Under the pieces are notes generated by a model. That model was not told the origin of the DNA. It ran no database searches and saw nothing but the letters and a program-made list of their open reading frames with translations. This document shows positions 49,851 to 60,074 of a stretch of 60,074 bases of DNA, piece after piece. Source of the stretch: Chiloscyllium plagiosum. Its lineage: Eukaryota. The stretch spans positions 10,146,241 to 10,206,314 of the forward strand of contig NC_057749.1 in assembly GCF_004010195.1 (NCBI RefSeq), given 5' to 3'. The position numbers were made by a program, and so were the translations under genes. Each line of letters starts with the position of its first letter. Positions within the stretch are counted from its first letter, which is position 1.

Positions 49851-51807
49851 AAACCGGAGGGTAAGAGGCAATAAGAGCTCTGAGTGAAACTCGGCGACAG
49901 TGCGATGTTCAGCATAAACCATGACGGCGGTGCAGTGATTCGACTCTAGGAGGTGGGAGAGGTGCCTGAAGAGAAGCTCCACGCTGGTGGGGTCCCGCAA
50001 GTAACAGACTTCAAGGAAACAAAGTGTAGCAGAGGACCCATAACAGAGACAGTACGAGGCAGCAAGAAACAAGAGAAAATAAACAAGTACATAGAGCATT
50101 ACAAAAAATTTGAACAAGGATGGAGAAGAAGTCAGTACTAAAGAAAATCACCACTGGCAAACACTTGCAGAAAACGGAGTGTGGTCCTCCTAGTAGGTAT
50201 TGAACACAGCCAGTTTCATAGAAGGTCACAGACACAAAGAGACCAAGTCACAGTGGCAGCAACAGCACAGCCAATTGAAGACAACAGTCAGCACGTGTAC
50301 CAACAGTCTGTAACGCAGAGGGGCAGGTGAGCTCTTCCTGGAGAATGTGGTAGAGCCACAGTAAGACTCCGACCTGCATAATTTCACAAACCTGTAGGAC
50401 AAACTGTGAGTTGCAGAGATTGTAAATTACAAGAAAACAAATTTTACATTTGATGCAGTGGTTAATGTTTCCATTCTTTTGAAACAAAACATTCTCGGAG
50501 TATTCAACCTTTGGGACCCTGGTGTGGGTGGGGTGGGGGGTATTAAAATAAAACGAAAGGACAGATGCATGCTGAACTTCAGTAGAGTGGAAAAAGGGTC
50601 ACCTAAACTCTGTCTGTTCCTCCTAACTACTATGCTACTGTAGTAGGTGGAAGTGTGTATGTAACCTTAAATATTCTTCAGCAAGCCAATACCAGAGCTA
50701 CTGATTTCAATTCCGTACCATAGAAGGCTGTGAGGTCAAGTAACTGAATTAATTTCAGAAAGGAATAGGTTTCTAGACTGAAAAGGTATGGGAAATAAAA
50801 TATCAATGGTGATCATGTTGGACGTAGAGCATTGGACTGAATAACCAATTCTTGTTCCTGTTTTTCTATGTTAGTAATTCAGTGCACTGCCAGAACTGGG
50901 GTGCGTGGCCTCAAAATAAGGGGAGGTCACATTTTGGACTGAGTTGAGGAGGAACTTCTTCACCCAAAGGGTTGAGAATCTGTGGAATTCCCTGCCCAGT
51001 GAAGCAGTTGAGGCTTCCTCGTTGAATGTTTTTAAGGCAAAGGTAGATTTTTGAACAGTAAAGGAATTAAGGGTTACGGTGAGTGGGCGGGTAAGTGGAG
51101 CTGAGTCCACAAAAAGATCAGCCATGATCTTATTGGATGGCCTAATCCCGCTCCTGGTTCTGATATTGTTATCGCAGTCATACTCGTCCTCAGACATGTA
51201 AAGTTAATGCTGACCTTTGAATATTTTCAGAAGAGGAGCTACAAAAAGCATCAAAGAAGGAGGTGCCCAGCACCAGAAGGCAATCTGGACCTTGTTTGCT
51301 CTTTCTGCAGACTGTCACAGAGAATCGTGTTACTTGTTTAGTGGAGTTTGAGATTTCTGAACCTTCCTGCACTTCCATTCGGGTGTCACTGTTTCAGAAC
51401 ACCTTGCTGTCTCTTTTCAGCAGAATCAGCCCTCTCTTGGAGAAGGGACAGTGGAAGTAAAAGCAACTGAAACTACAGTCAGATGACAAATTTGTTAAAG
51501 TGCTACAGAACAAACGTTATACTTGTTTCATCAACAAAGGAAACCAATAACCTCCATATAATTTTACAACACCTAAGTTGCCTACAGCCATTTGAGAAAT
51601 CTCTAATTGCAGAGTTGGAGATCTTCAAATGGTCTCACAGAGATCGACATAATGATCCATGCTGAAGTTTCAGACAGGATGGAAAATGGCCCACCAACCC
51701 TGTTTACAATCATGCGCTGAGGCAATCAAGACACATCAGATACATTTAGAGAGAAAAGACTCTCCAAACTCTTGAACTGATTCACCAGAAGGAAATTCAA
51801 CAGTTGG

Positions 51808-52500
51808 AGTCATAGAGATGTACAGCATGGAAACAGACCCTTCGGTCCAACCCGTCCATGCCGACCAGATATCCCAACCCAACCTAGTTCCACTTGCCAG
51901 CACCCAGCCCATATTCCTCCAAACCCTTCCTATTCATATACCCAGCCAGATGCCTTTTAAATGTTGTAATTGTACTAGTCTCCACCACTTCCTCTGGCAG
52001 CTCATTCCATTCACGCACCACCCTCTGTGTGAAAATGTCGCCCGTTAGGTATCTTTTATGACTTTCCCTCTCACCCTAAACCTATGCTCTCCAGTTCTGG
52101 ACTCCCCGATCCCACAGAAAAGACCTTGTCTACTTGCTCTATCCATGCCCTTCATGATTTTATAAACCACTATAAGGTCACCCCTCAGCCTCCGATGCTC
52201 CAGGGAAAACAGCCCAGCCTGTTCAGCCTCTCCCTATAGCTCAAATCCTCCAACCCTGGCAACATTCTTGTAAATGTTTTCTGAACCCTTTCAAGTTTCA
52301 CAACATCCTTCCGATAGGAAGGAGTCCAGAATTGCCAGCAATATTCCGAAAGTGGCCTAACCAATGTCCTGTACAGCTGCAACATGACCTCCCAACTCCT
52401 GTACTATGACCAATAAAGGAAAGCATACCAAATGCCTTCTTCACTATCCTATCTACCTGGTGACTCTAAAACAAGGAGCTATGAACCTGCACTCCAAGGT
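51808..52500 (-). mobile_element. CR1/HER1 3' fragment
   Basis: LYRTLVRPLSEYCWQFW on the minus strand. Confidence 0.9.
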
Positions 52501-52526
52501 GTCTTTTGCCCCAGCTTGGTGAGATG

Positions 52527-52884
52527 CTGGTGTGGTGGTTAATGTCACCGGGCTCATAATTACCCCAGATAGTTATGAGTTCAATACCCATCCAACCAGC
52601 TGGTGGAATTAAGTAGATGACACCTACAGTTGTAAAGTCTTTTTAGAATAATGAGCATTGATTATTGTAAAACCTCATCTGTTTTACTTGTATCCTCTTT
52701 TTGGGAAAGGAATCCACCATTCTTAACCTGGTCTGGTCTACATTGTGACTCCTGATCCATAAGTAGACTCTTCATGTCTTCTGACAAAACTTTGTAAGCC
52801 ACTCAATTCCAGGGCAATTAGGGATGGACATCAAAGTTGGCCTTTCCAGTGATTCCCACATCCCGCAATACAATGAAAAAAAAG
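52527..52884 (+). mobile_element. Second old tRNA-derived SINE family (also 5020-5160, 9310-9690, and 45165-45264 + 48972-49122 on -)
   Basis: A/B boxes, ggtggaatt, cctggtctggtctaca core and gggcaattagggatgg..cccacatccc tail shared with LINE 3' ends. Confidence 0.65.
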
Positions 52885-53231
52885 AGCTTTCCAGGCAAAT
52901 GGAGATCCCATTTGACTGTGCCACCGCTCAGAACTGAAGCCAGCTTTGGAAGAACTTGATACAGAGCAGCAAAAGAAGTTCTCCATCATTGACAGTGATC
53001 TAGTGTAAAGGGACTGATGACCCACAGTTGCGCTACACACTCAAACCGTGGAGACTGAACCGCAGCACACTTCCATAGATTTCCAGAAATCCTATACACA
53101 GGTGACCAATGTTGTCACACAACTGAGGCTGCCAAAAGATAAATTGATCGAGGAAATAGTCTCGCTGTCACTGAATTTATTTGAAACTTGTAAATCATTG
53201 TGACTTAGTAGCTGAGAAAAGCCGAACATTC

Positions 53232-54914
53232 ATTACATTTAAAAAGATACTCTTGAGGGAAGAAATGAAAATCTTCCTTCCCCTTCACAATGGAGGGGCA
53301 GTAAGTACTTGTTAAAGATGGAAATCAGCTCCGTAATGAGGATGATCTCTTGAAACAGGGTTTATAAAAACAACGAGGATGTAATAACCAATTGGCCATC
53401 TAGTCTACCCTAGACTATGGAGCAAGAATTTCTCACTGACCCAGTTTTCCCCAGAGACAAATCACTTCCCAAAGGAGTTTCAGAAACATTCATGGCCAGA
53501 AAAAGTAGCCTTTTCCCATCACGGATTCCTTCAAGGTTTATAAAATCATGACTGGCATGGATAGGGTGAACAGACATGGAATTTTTCCCAGGATGGGGGA
53601 GTCCAAAACTGGAGGACATAGGTTTAAGGTGAGAGGGAAAAATTACAGCATGAATACGCAGGGTTTAAAGGGTTCTGGGCCAAATACTGGCAAATGCGAC
53701 AGTTCAGATTGGGATGTCTGGTCGGATGAACCAACATGAAGAAGCCTAACTGAGACATAGAATGCTGGAACTAGGGAGCATGAGTTAGACCAAGGGGTCT
53801 GTTTCTGTGCTTATGACTCTAAAACTCTATGATTATGATAATGATAGAGGGTCCATGCTTTCTACTCATTCTCCAGTAGAACTGAGAATGATGTTGCACT
53901 GTACATTAGTGCCACAAACCAAAGATGCTTTTGTATAGAGGATGAAGAGCAAGGGAGTAAAGAGTAAAATATTCATGGTTAATAGAATGCCCATGAAAGA
54001 GCGTCAGGGAGACCTGGAGTAAAGCATTAATTCTTTCTCCTCTTCAAGAACAGCTATTTGACTTTATGCAAAAGGAGTTATCTCATAATAATACCAGACA
54101 ACATGGAACTGGAGCCTGAGTCTATAAATACCTTGTAAATAGTTACATAAATAAAGCCTGTTAATCTTTGCTTGTAAGGGTGTAGACTGCACCTTTCCAT
54201 ATCCTCATTGTGTATCAGTTTCTAGATTGATCATGAACAGCTGTAGGACAGGTGGAACAGGCTCTCTCAATGGAATAATATTATCGTGAGTATTTCTACA
54301 AAGCAAAAACAAGTGATAGGATACCACATACCAGTTACCTAATATCTACAAGTTAATGGATGGAAGTTTGTGGTTTATAAGACAGTCCTGTATGATATGT
54401 CAGGAACACAATTGGACCAGCATCCACCACTTCCTCTGGTAGCTCATTCCATATACACACCATACTCTGCATGAAAAAGTTACCCCTCAGGTCCTTTTTA
54501 AATTTTTTTTCCCTCTCACCTTAAACCTATGTCCTCTAGTTTTGGACTCCCCCATCCTGGGAAAAATTCCACGTCTGTTCACCCTATCCATGCCCATCAT
54601 AATTTTATAAACCTTGAAGGAATCAGTGATGGGAAAAGGCTACTTTTCTCTGGCCATGAATGTTTCTGAAACTCCTTTGGGAAGTGATTTGTCTCTGGGG
54701 AAAACTGGGTCGGTGAGAAATTCTTGCTTCATAGTGTAGGGTAGACTAGATGGCCAGTTGGTTATTACATTCTCGTTTTTATAAACCCTGTTTCAAGAGA
54801 TCATGCTCACTACACAGCTGATTTCCATCTTTAACAAGGACTTAGTGCCCCTCCATTGTGAAGGGGAAGGAAGATTTTCATTGCTTCCCTCAAGGGTATC
54901 TTTATAAACGTAAT
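53232..54914. repeat. Long inverted duplication: arms 53232-53644 and 54501-54914, ~860 bp spacer
   Basis: Arms are reverse complements with few mismatches (ctagtctaccctagactatggagcaagaatttctcac vs gtgagaaattcttgcttcatagtgtagggtagactag). Confidence 0.93.
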
Positions 54915-55660
54915 TAATTGAGATTCCAGTTGTGGATCGAGAGGATGCATGGATGGATACTTAATTATTTTGGTAAGTGTTTAACATCTTGGGGCATTAA
55001 GATTTGCGCAGTCACAAACAAACCTAACTTTAGAATAGCAACATCTAACATCTGGGAAAGCTTCTGTGTACTCTTAAAAGGTCACAAAATGTTATAATAA
55101 TCTTGGGGCGATACAAGATGGCGGTGACCCAGCAAGTCTGAGTCTGTATTGCTCTGCCTAACACTTGGGCAAAGTGGGGTACCTGCCTTCACCACACCTT
55201 TTAAATCATTTAAGATAACTTTTGCATGATTAGTCATTTTACATCGAACTTGAACAGTTTGGTGTTGTTCTTAAAATGACTAAGGGCAAAAATTCCCAAA
55301 GTTCGCAACAGGCAGGGACCCCTCCCCCACCCCCCCCAGCAGCAGCAGAGACATCCGCGGCCACCTCGGGGGACTTACCTGCGGAGGCGAGCCTGATCTC
55401 TGGGGTCAACAAGCTGCAGGAGAAGATCGACGCCTTCCTCGAAGAATCCAGGACCAGGTGGGAGTTGTTCTCGGTCCTGCTCCAGAAGCACGACCGAGAA
55501 CTTGAAAAACTTGAATAACTGCGTCGGAGGGGGTGGAGCAAAAGGCTGCGACCTCAGAAGCTGCTGCCGAATCGGCCGTGGGCCAGGTCTGGGCTCTAGA
55601 GCAGCGAGTCTGGACCTTGGAAGAGCACATCAATGACCTCGATAATTGGGGTCATCGAAA

Positions 55661-56435
55661 TGGGTGAGCAAATCTTAGCAGGACTTATACACTTAATGGT
55701 AAGGTCCAGGGAGTGTTGCTGAACAAAGAGACCTTGGAGTACAGGTTCTTGGCTCCTTGAAAGTGGAGTCGCAGGTAGATAGGATAGTGAAGAAGGCGTT
55801 TGGTATGCTTTCCTTTATTGGTCAGAGTATTGAGTACAGGAGTTGGGAGGTCATGTTGCAGCTGTGCAGGACATTGGTTAGGCCACTGTTGGAATATTGC
55901 TTGCAATTCTGGTCTCCTTCCTATCGGAAAGATGTTGTGAAACTTGAAAAGGTCCAGAAAAGATTTACAAGGATGTTGCCAGGCTTGGAGGATCTGAGCT
56001 ATAGGGAGAGGCTGAACAGGCTGCGGCTAATCCCGGGAGCGTCGGAGGCTGAGGGGTGACCTTATAGAGGTTTACAAAATTATGAGGGGCATGGATAGGA
56101 TAAATAGATAAAGTCTTTTCCCTGGTGTTGGGGAGTCCAGAACTAGAGGGCATAGGTTTAGGGTGAGAGGTGAAAGATATAAAAGAGACCCAAAGGGCAA
56201 CATTTTCACGCAGAGGGTGGTACGTGTATGGAATGAGCTGCCAGAGGATGTGGCGGAGGCTAGTACAATTGCAACATTTAAGAGGCATTGGATGGGTATA
56301 TGAATAGGAAGGGTTTGGAGGGATATGGGGTGGGTGCTGGCAGGTGGGACTAGATTGGGTTGGGATATCTGGTCGGCATGGATGAGTTGGACCGAAGGGT
56401 CTGTTTCCGTGCTGTACGTCTCTATGACTCTATGA
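55661..56435 (+). mobile_element. CR1/HER1 3' fragment inserted in L1 ORF1
   Basis: LVRPLLEYCxQFWSP C-terminus and (CTATGACT)n tail; L1 ORF1 resumes at 56436. Confidence 0.92.
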
Positions 56436-58001
56436 CTTCCCGAATGGGAAGAGGAAGGCCAGCTTGCAGTTTTTTTGGAGCAATGGCTCCCTCAAATGTT
56501 AAAGTTGGAGTTGGGATCAGGCCAGGTACGGGTGGAGTGGGCCCACCGGGTTGCTATACGCAGGCCCAGGTCGGACCAGTGCCCCCACCCGGTTCTGTTC
56601 CGGCTCCAATATTATAAAGAGAAGCAGACGCTCCTGGAAGCCTCCAGAGTCCTGGGGAAGGATCCCCAGGCCATGATGCAGAAGGAATCCAGGACAATGT
56701 TATTCCAGGACTTTTCTCCAGCCGTGGTCTGCAAGAGGAGGGCATTTGATGAGGCGAAGAAGCGCCTAAGAGACCTAAATATCCAATACTCCTTGCGTTA
56801 CCCGGCAACGCTCCGCTTCAGCCACGAAGGATCAGTATACAACTCTGGATCACCGGAGAAGGCTAAAAAAATTTTGGACTCTCTTAAATAGACTGTAAGA
56901 TTCAAACTGTATGGATAATGATTTTACTTTGTCCCCCCCCCCCTCCCCGGTTTATCCTTTCTTACCTTCTCCATCCCTTTTTTGTCCATTACCTTCTCTT
57001 GGGTGGGGGGGGAGGGCTTATTTGTTCTTCACTATGTGACTTCTTTTTTTACAGGCCGTGCAGCTTATTTGATTTGTGTGGGAGGGGGGTCTTGGTTTGT
57101 CCAACCTTTTTTTTTAGAGCAGGGTTCTCTTCTTCTGTTATCTTACTTAGTTTTCTAATAATTGCTAAGATTGTAACTTTGTCCTTTTATATATTTATAT
57201 TTTGTATTATGTTTGCTAAATGCACCTAGGTGTTGGTGTGGGGGTGGGTGGGTTACTCACTTTCAACTTTGGTTTTATAGAATACTCAAATTTGTCTACT
57301 CCATTTTAAAATGCCTGGGCCGAGGGCGGGGCACTAGTTAGGAGAGGTTATGATGGGGTTATTGATGGGTAGATACTCCCCCTGGGAGCAAGGGGAAAAA
57401 TCTCCTTTCAAATGTGTTTTGTATTGTTTTCTTTACTTAGGAATAGTTTTTAATTGTGTTGGTGTAAATGTCTTAAAGAATTTTTGTTTTTGTGAATTTT
57501 CCATGGTCTTTATTCAAGGTGTTTTGGGTAGGTTTCTTCCTCCTGGGGGGTCTCGGGCTTGCCTGGACGATCATGGCTAACCATTCGCTTAGGTGGTACA
57601 CCTGGAATGTCAAGGGCAGTAATTCACCAATAAAAAGGACAAATATTATCAAACCTCAAAAAAGAAAGGGTTGATATAGCTCTTTTACAGGAGACACATC
57701 TACTTGACAAAGAGCACTTAAAATTACAACAGGTTGGATTTGACCAGACCTTTTTCTCATCTTTTAGCTCAAAAAGTAGGGGAGTAGTCATTCTCATTCG
57801 GAAGAATCTTCCTTTTAAAATCTTAAGCCAGATAAAAGATGAATCTGGACGGTATATACTGATCAAAACCCTAATAAATGGAGAGGAGTGTGGGATTTTG
57901 AATCTTTATTGCCCCCCGGCACATCCCTTCAAATTTGTAACAGAAGCGTTCTCTAAGTTGATGGCTTTTGAGGCCTGCCATACAATTATAGGAGGAGATT
58001 T

Positions 58002-58290
58002 GTGGGCGGCACGGTGGCACAGTGTTAGCACTGCTGCCGCACAGCGCCAGAAATCTGGGTTCAATTCCTGCCTCAGGCGACTGACTGTGTGGAGTTTGCA
58101 CGTTCTCCCCGTGTCTGCGTGGGTTTCCTCCCACCATCCAAAAAATGTGCAGCGTCAGGTGAATTGGCCATACTAAATTGCCTGTAGTGTAAGGTTAGGG
58201 GTATGGGTGGGTTTCGCTTCGGCGGGTCGGTGTGGACTTGTTGGGCCGAAGGGCCTGTTTCCACACTGTAATCTAATCTAATCTAATCTA
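58002..58290 (+). mobile_element. HE1-type V-SINE inserted in the L1 endonuclease GDFN motif
   Basis: tRNA-derived head with A/B boxes, V-domain, (TAATC)n tail; short attt duplication; L1 reads GGD|FN across it. Confidence 0.92.
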
Positions 58291-60074
58291 ATTTTAATTT
58301 TATTATGGACTCAGAGACAGATAGGGTACCCAAGAGTACTATGAGTATATCTCTTAGATCTAGACATTTGGTGGATCTGAATAAGGAGCTGGGCTAGTAG
58401 ATGTGTGGAGGTGCCTTCACCCCCAGGGCAGAGACTCTACTTTCTACTCTAACCCACACAAGTGTCATACTAGAATTGATATGTTTTTTGCTCCCTCGAC
58501 CCTTTTGAATTCCATATTGTCCTGCAAAATAGGTAATATAGCAATCTCTGATCATGCTGCAGTATATATGGAAGTTAAGACTAGGGACGATGGGACAGGC
58601 CCCTGACATTGGCGTATGGATTCTTTCTTAATGAAGGATAGCAAATTTATAAAATATTTTTCTCAAGAATTCAAAACCTTTTTGGAAATTAATTCAGATA
58701 CGGCCAGTAACCCATTGACGATGTGGGAGACCATTAAGGCTTATGCGCGAGGTTTGATCATCTCATATTCTGCAACCCAGAAAAGACAAAAGGGAGAACA
58801 ACAGCGCCTGCTCGAGGCTCGCTTGAAGGCAGCTGAGACAGCGTACAATAATAGGCCCTCTATTATTAAGCTACAATGGATCCATAGCCCGTAGGACAGC
58901 CTTGAACACCGAACTTACTCAAACAGCAAAGAGGAAATATTATTTGCAAAGCAAAGACTATATGAATATGGCAACAAGCATGGCAGATACCTAGCATATC
59001 TTGCTAGGAAAAAAAAAGCTCCTCAAGTTATCACATCCATTAGGGAAAGTGCTGGTACTCTGACTTGTGATCGTAATAGGATCAATACAGCCTTTAGAAA
59101 GTTCTATTTTGAATTGTATAAATTGCAGGACTGTGAGAAGAGAACTAATAAGATAAACATGTGGCCTTTCTGGATTTAACCCCGGAGCAGGTGTTGATCC
59201 TGAATTCCCCCCTGACAACCCAGGAAGTACTTGATGCAATTAGACAGCTTCAGAGTGGCAAAGCACCTGGACCAGATGGATTCCAGGTTGAATTTTATAT
59301 AAGATTTATAGGGGAACTGGCTGGTCCACTTATAGACATATATAATTACTCACATAGTCAGGGCTGCCTCCCGCCTGCGTTCAGAGAAGCAAATATTTCT
59401 CTCATTCTTAAAAAAGGAAAGGCCCCAGAAGATTGCTCATCATATAGACCAATACCCTTGCTAAATGTGGATTTCAAAATCCTTTCTAAAACGTTAGCAT
59501 TAAGATTGGAGAGGGTCTTACCATATATCATAAAGGAGGACCAGACAGAGTTTACCAAGGGCTGTAGATCAGCTAACAATATTAGAAGGGTCTTAAATAC
59601 GATACAAACCTGTCAACAGGAAAGGTTACCGGGGATAGTTGTCTCCTTGGATGCAGAGAAGGCATTTGATCGGGTAGAATGGTCATATCTTTGTTACACA
59701 CTGGAAAGGTTCAGTATCGGAGAGGTATTTTCTAAATGGGTCTCAATATTATACAATTTATTATACAATATTATACAGGACAGCCGTGATTACCAATGAT
59801 TTGGGTTTGGATAGTTTCAGTGTGGGTAGGGGCTGTCGTCAGGGATGTCCTGTCTCACCGTTATTATTCACGCTAATAATCAAACCACTGGTGGAATATA
59901 TACGAACCGACTCGTGCATAGTGGCTCTGAGGGTTGGTTCAGGTAAACATAAAATCACTCTCTATGCAGATGATATCCTCCTTTTCTTAAGTAATCCTTT
60001 GATATCCTTCCCCCGCTTAATTCAAGTAATCAATCTATTTAGTATGTTCTCAGGCTATAAAATCAATTTTATGA

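Larger units (their letters stand above)
49443..54205 (+). mobile_element. Old LTR-bounded element (or two related solo LTRs)
   Basis: Diverged direct repeats 49490-49625 and 54090-54200 share ggaac..gagcctga.tct, ccttgtaaatagtta and aataaa.cct; the left copy starts TG; the interior is decayed coding-like sequence. Confidence 0.5.
55105..60074 (+). mobile_element. 5'-complete but inactivated L1-clade LINE running off the window end
   Basis: GGGGCG..AAGATGGCGG 5' end; ORF1 55276-56891 (coiled coil, AHR, FQDFS, YPA; stop, frameshift and CR1 insert); T-rich spacer; ORF2 from 57573 (WNVKG, LQETHL, SDH, PGPDG, RQGCP, YADD) with stops and frameshifts. Confidence 0.93.

Overview
Repeat-rich vertebrate genomic DNA, almost certainly from a shark (elasmobranch-type HE1/V-SINEs, HER1/CR1 LINEs and SacSINE1-like DeuSINEs), with three N gaps (22980-23099, 40350-41267, 48313-48762). 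The only host gene is a + strand sorbitol dehydrogenase (SORD)-like gene. Its coding exons 1-4 (26171-26221, 28168-28201, 32467-32631, 37876-38035) splice in frame with GT-AG sites, and exons 2-4 have the vertebrate SORD sizes 34/165/160 bp. It keeps the catalytic Zn ligands but has an extensively altered substrate pocket. Upstream lie disabled exon 4, 6 and 9 remnants of a tandem paralog of the same divergent type. The rest is mostly transposons: a young CR1 whose ORF1 (SGNH esterase) runs in frame into ORF2 across a TTTAAAC slippery-site junction, a 5'-complete dead L1, RTE, Tigger, a GalEa-like copia relic, an old LTR-bounded element and many SINEs. At least five families of short Penelope-derived fold-back inserts carry minimal hammerhead-ribozyme motifs and 7-16 bp TSDs. 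There is also a ~410 bp inverted duplication, a tRNA-Val pseudogene and a degenerate telomeric repeat. Almost all short ORFs in the supplied track are repeat-derived noise. Family assignments come from motif recognition only; no searches were run.
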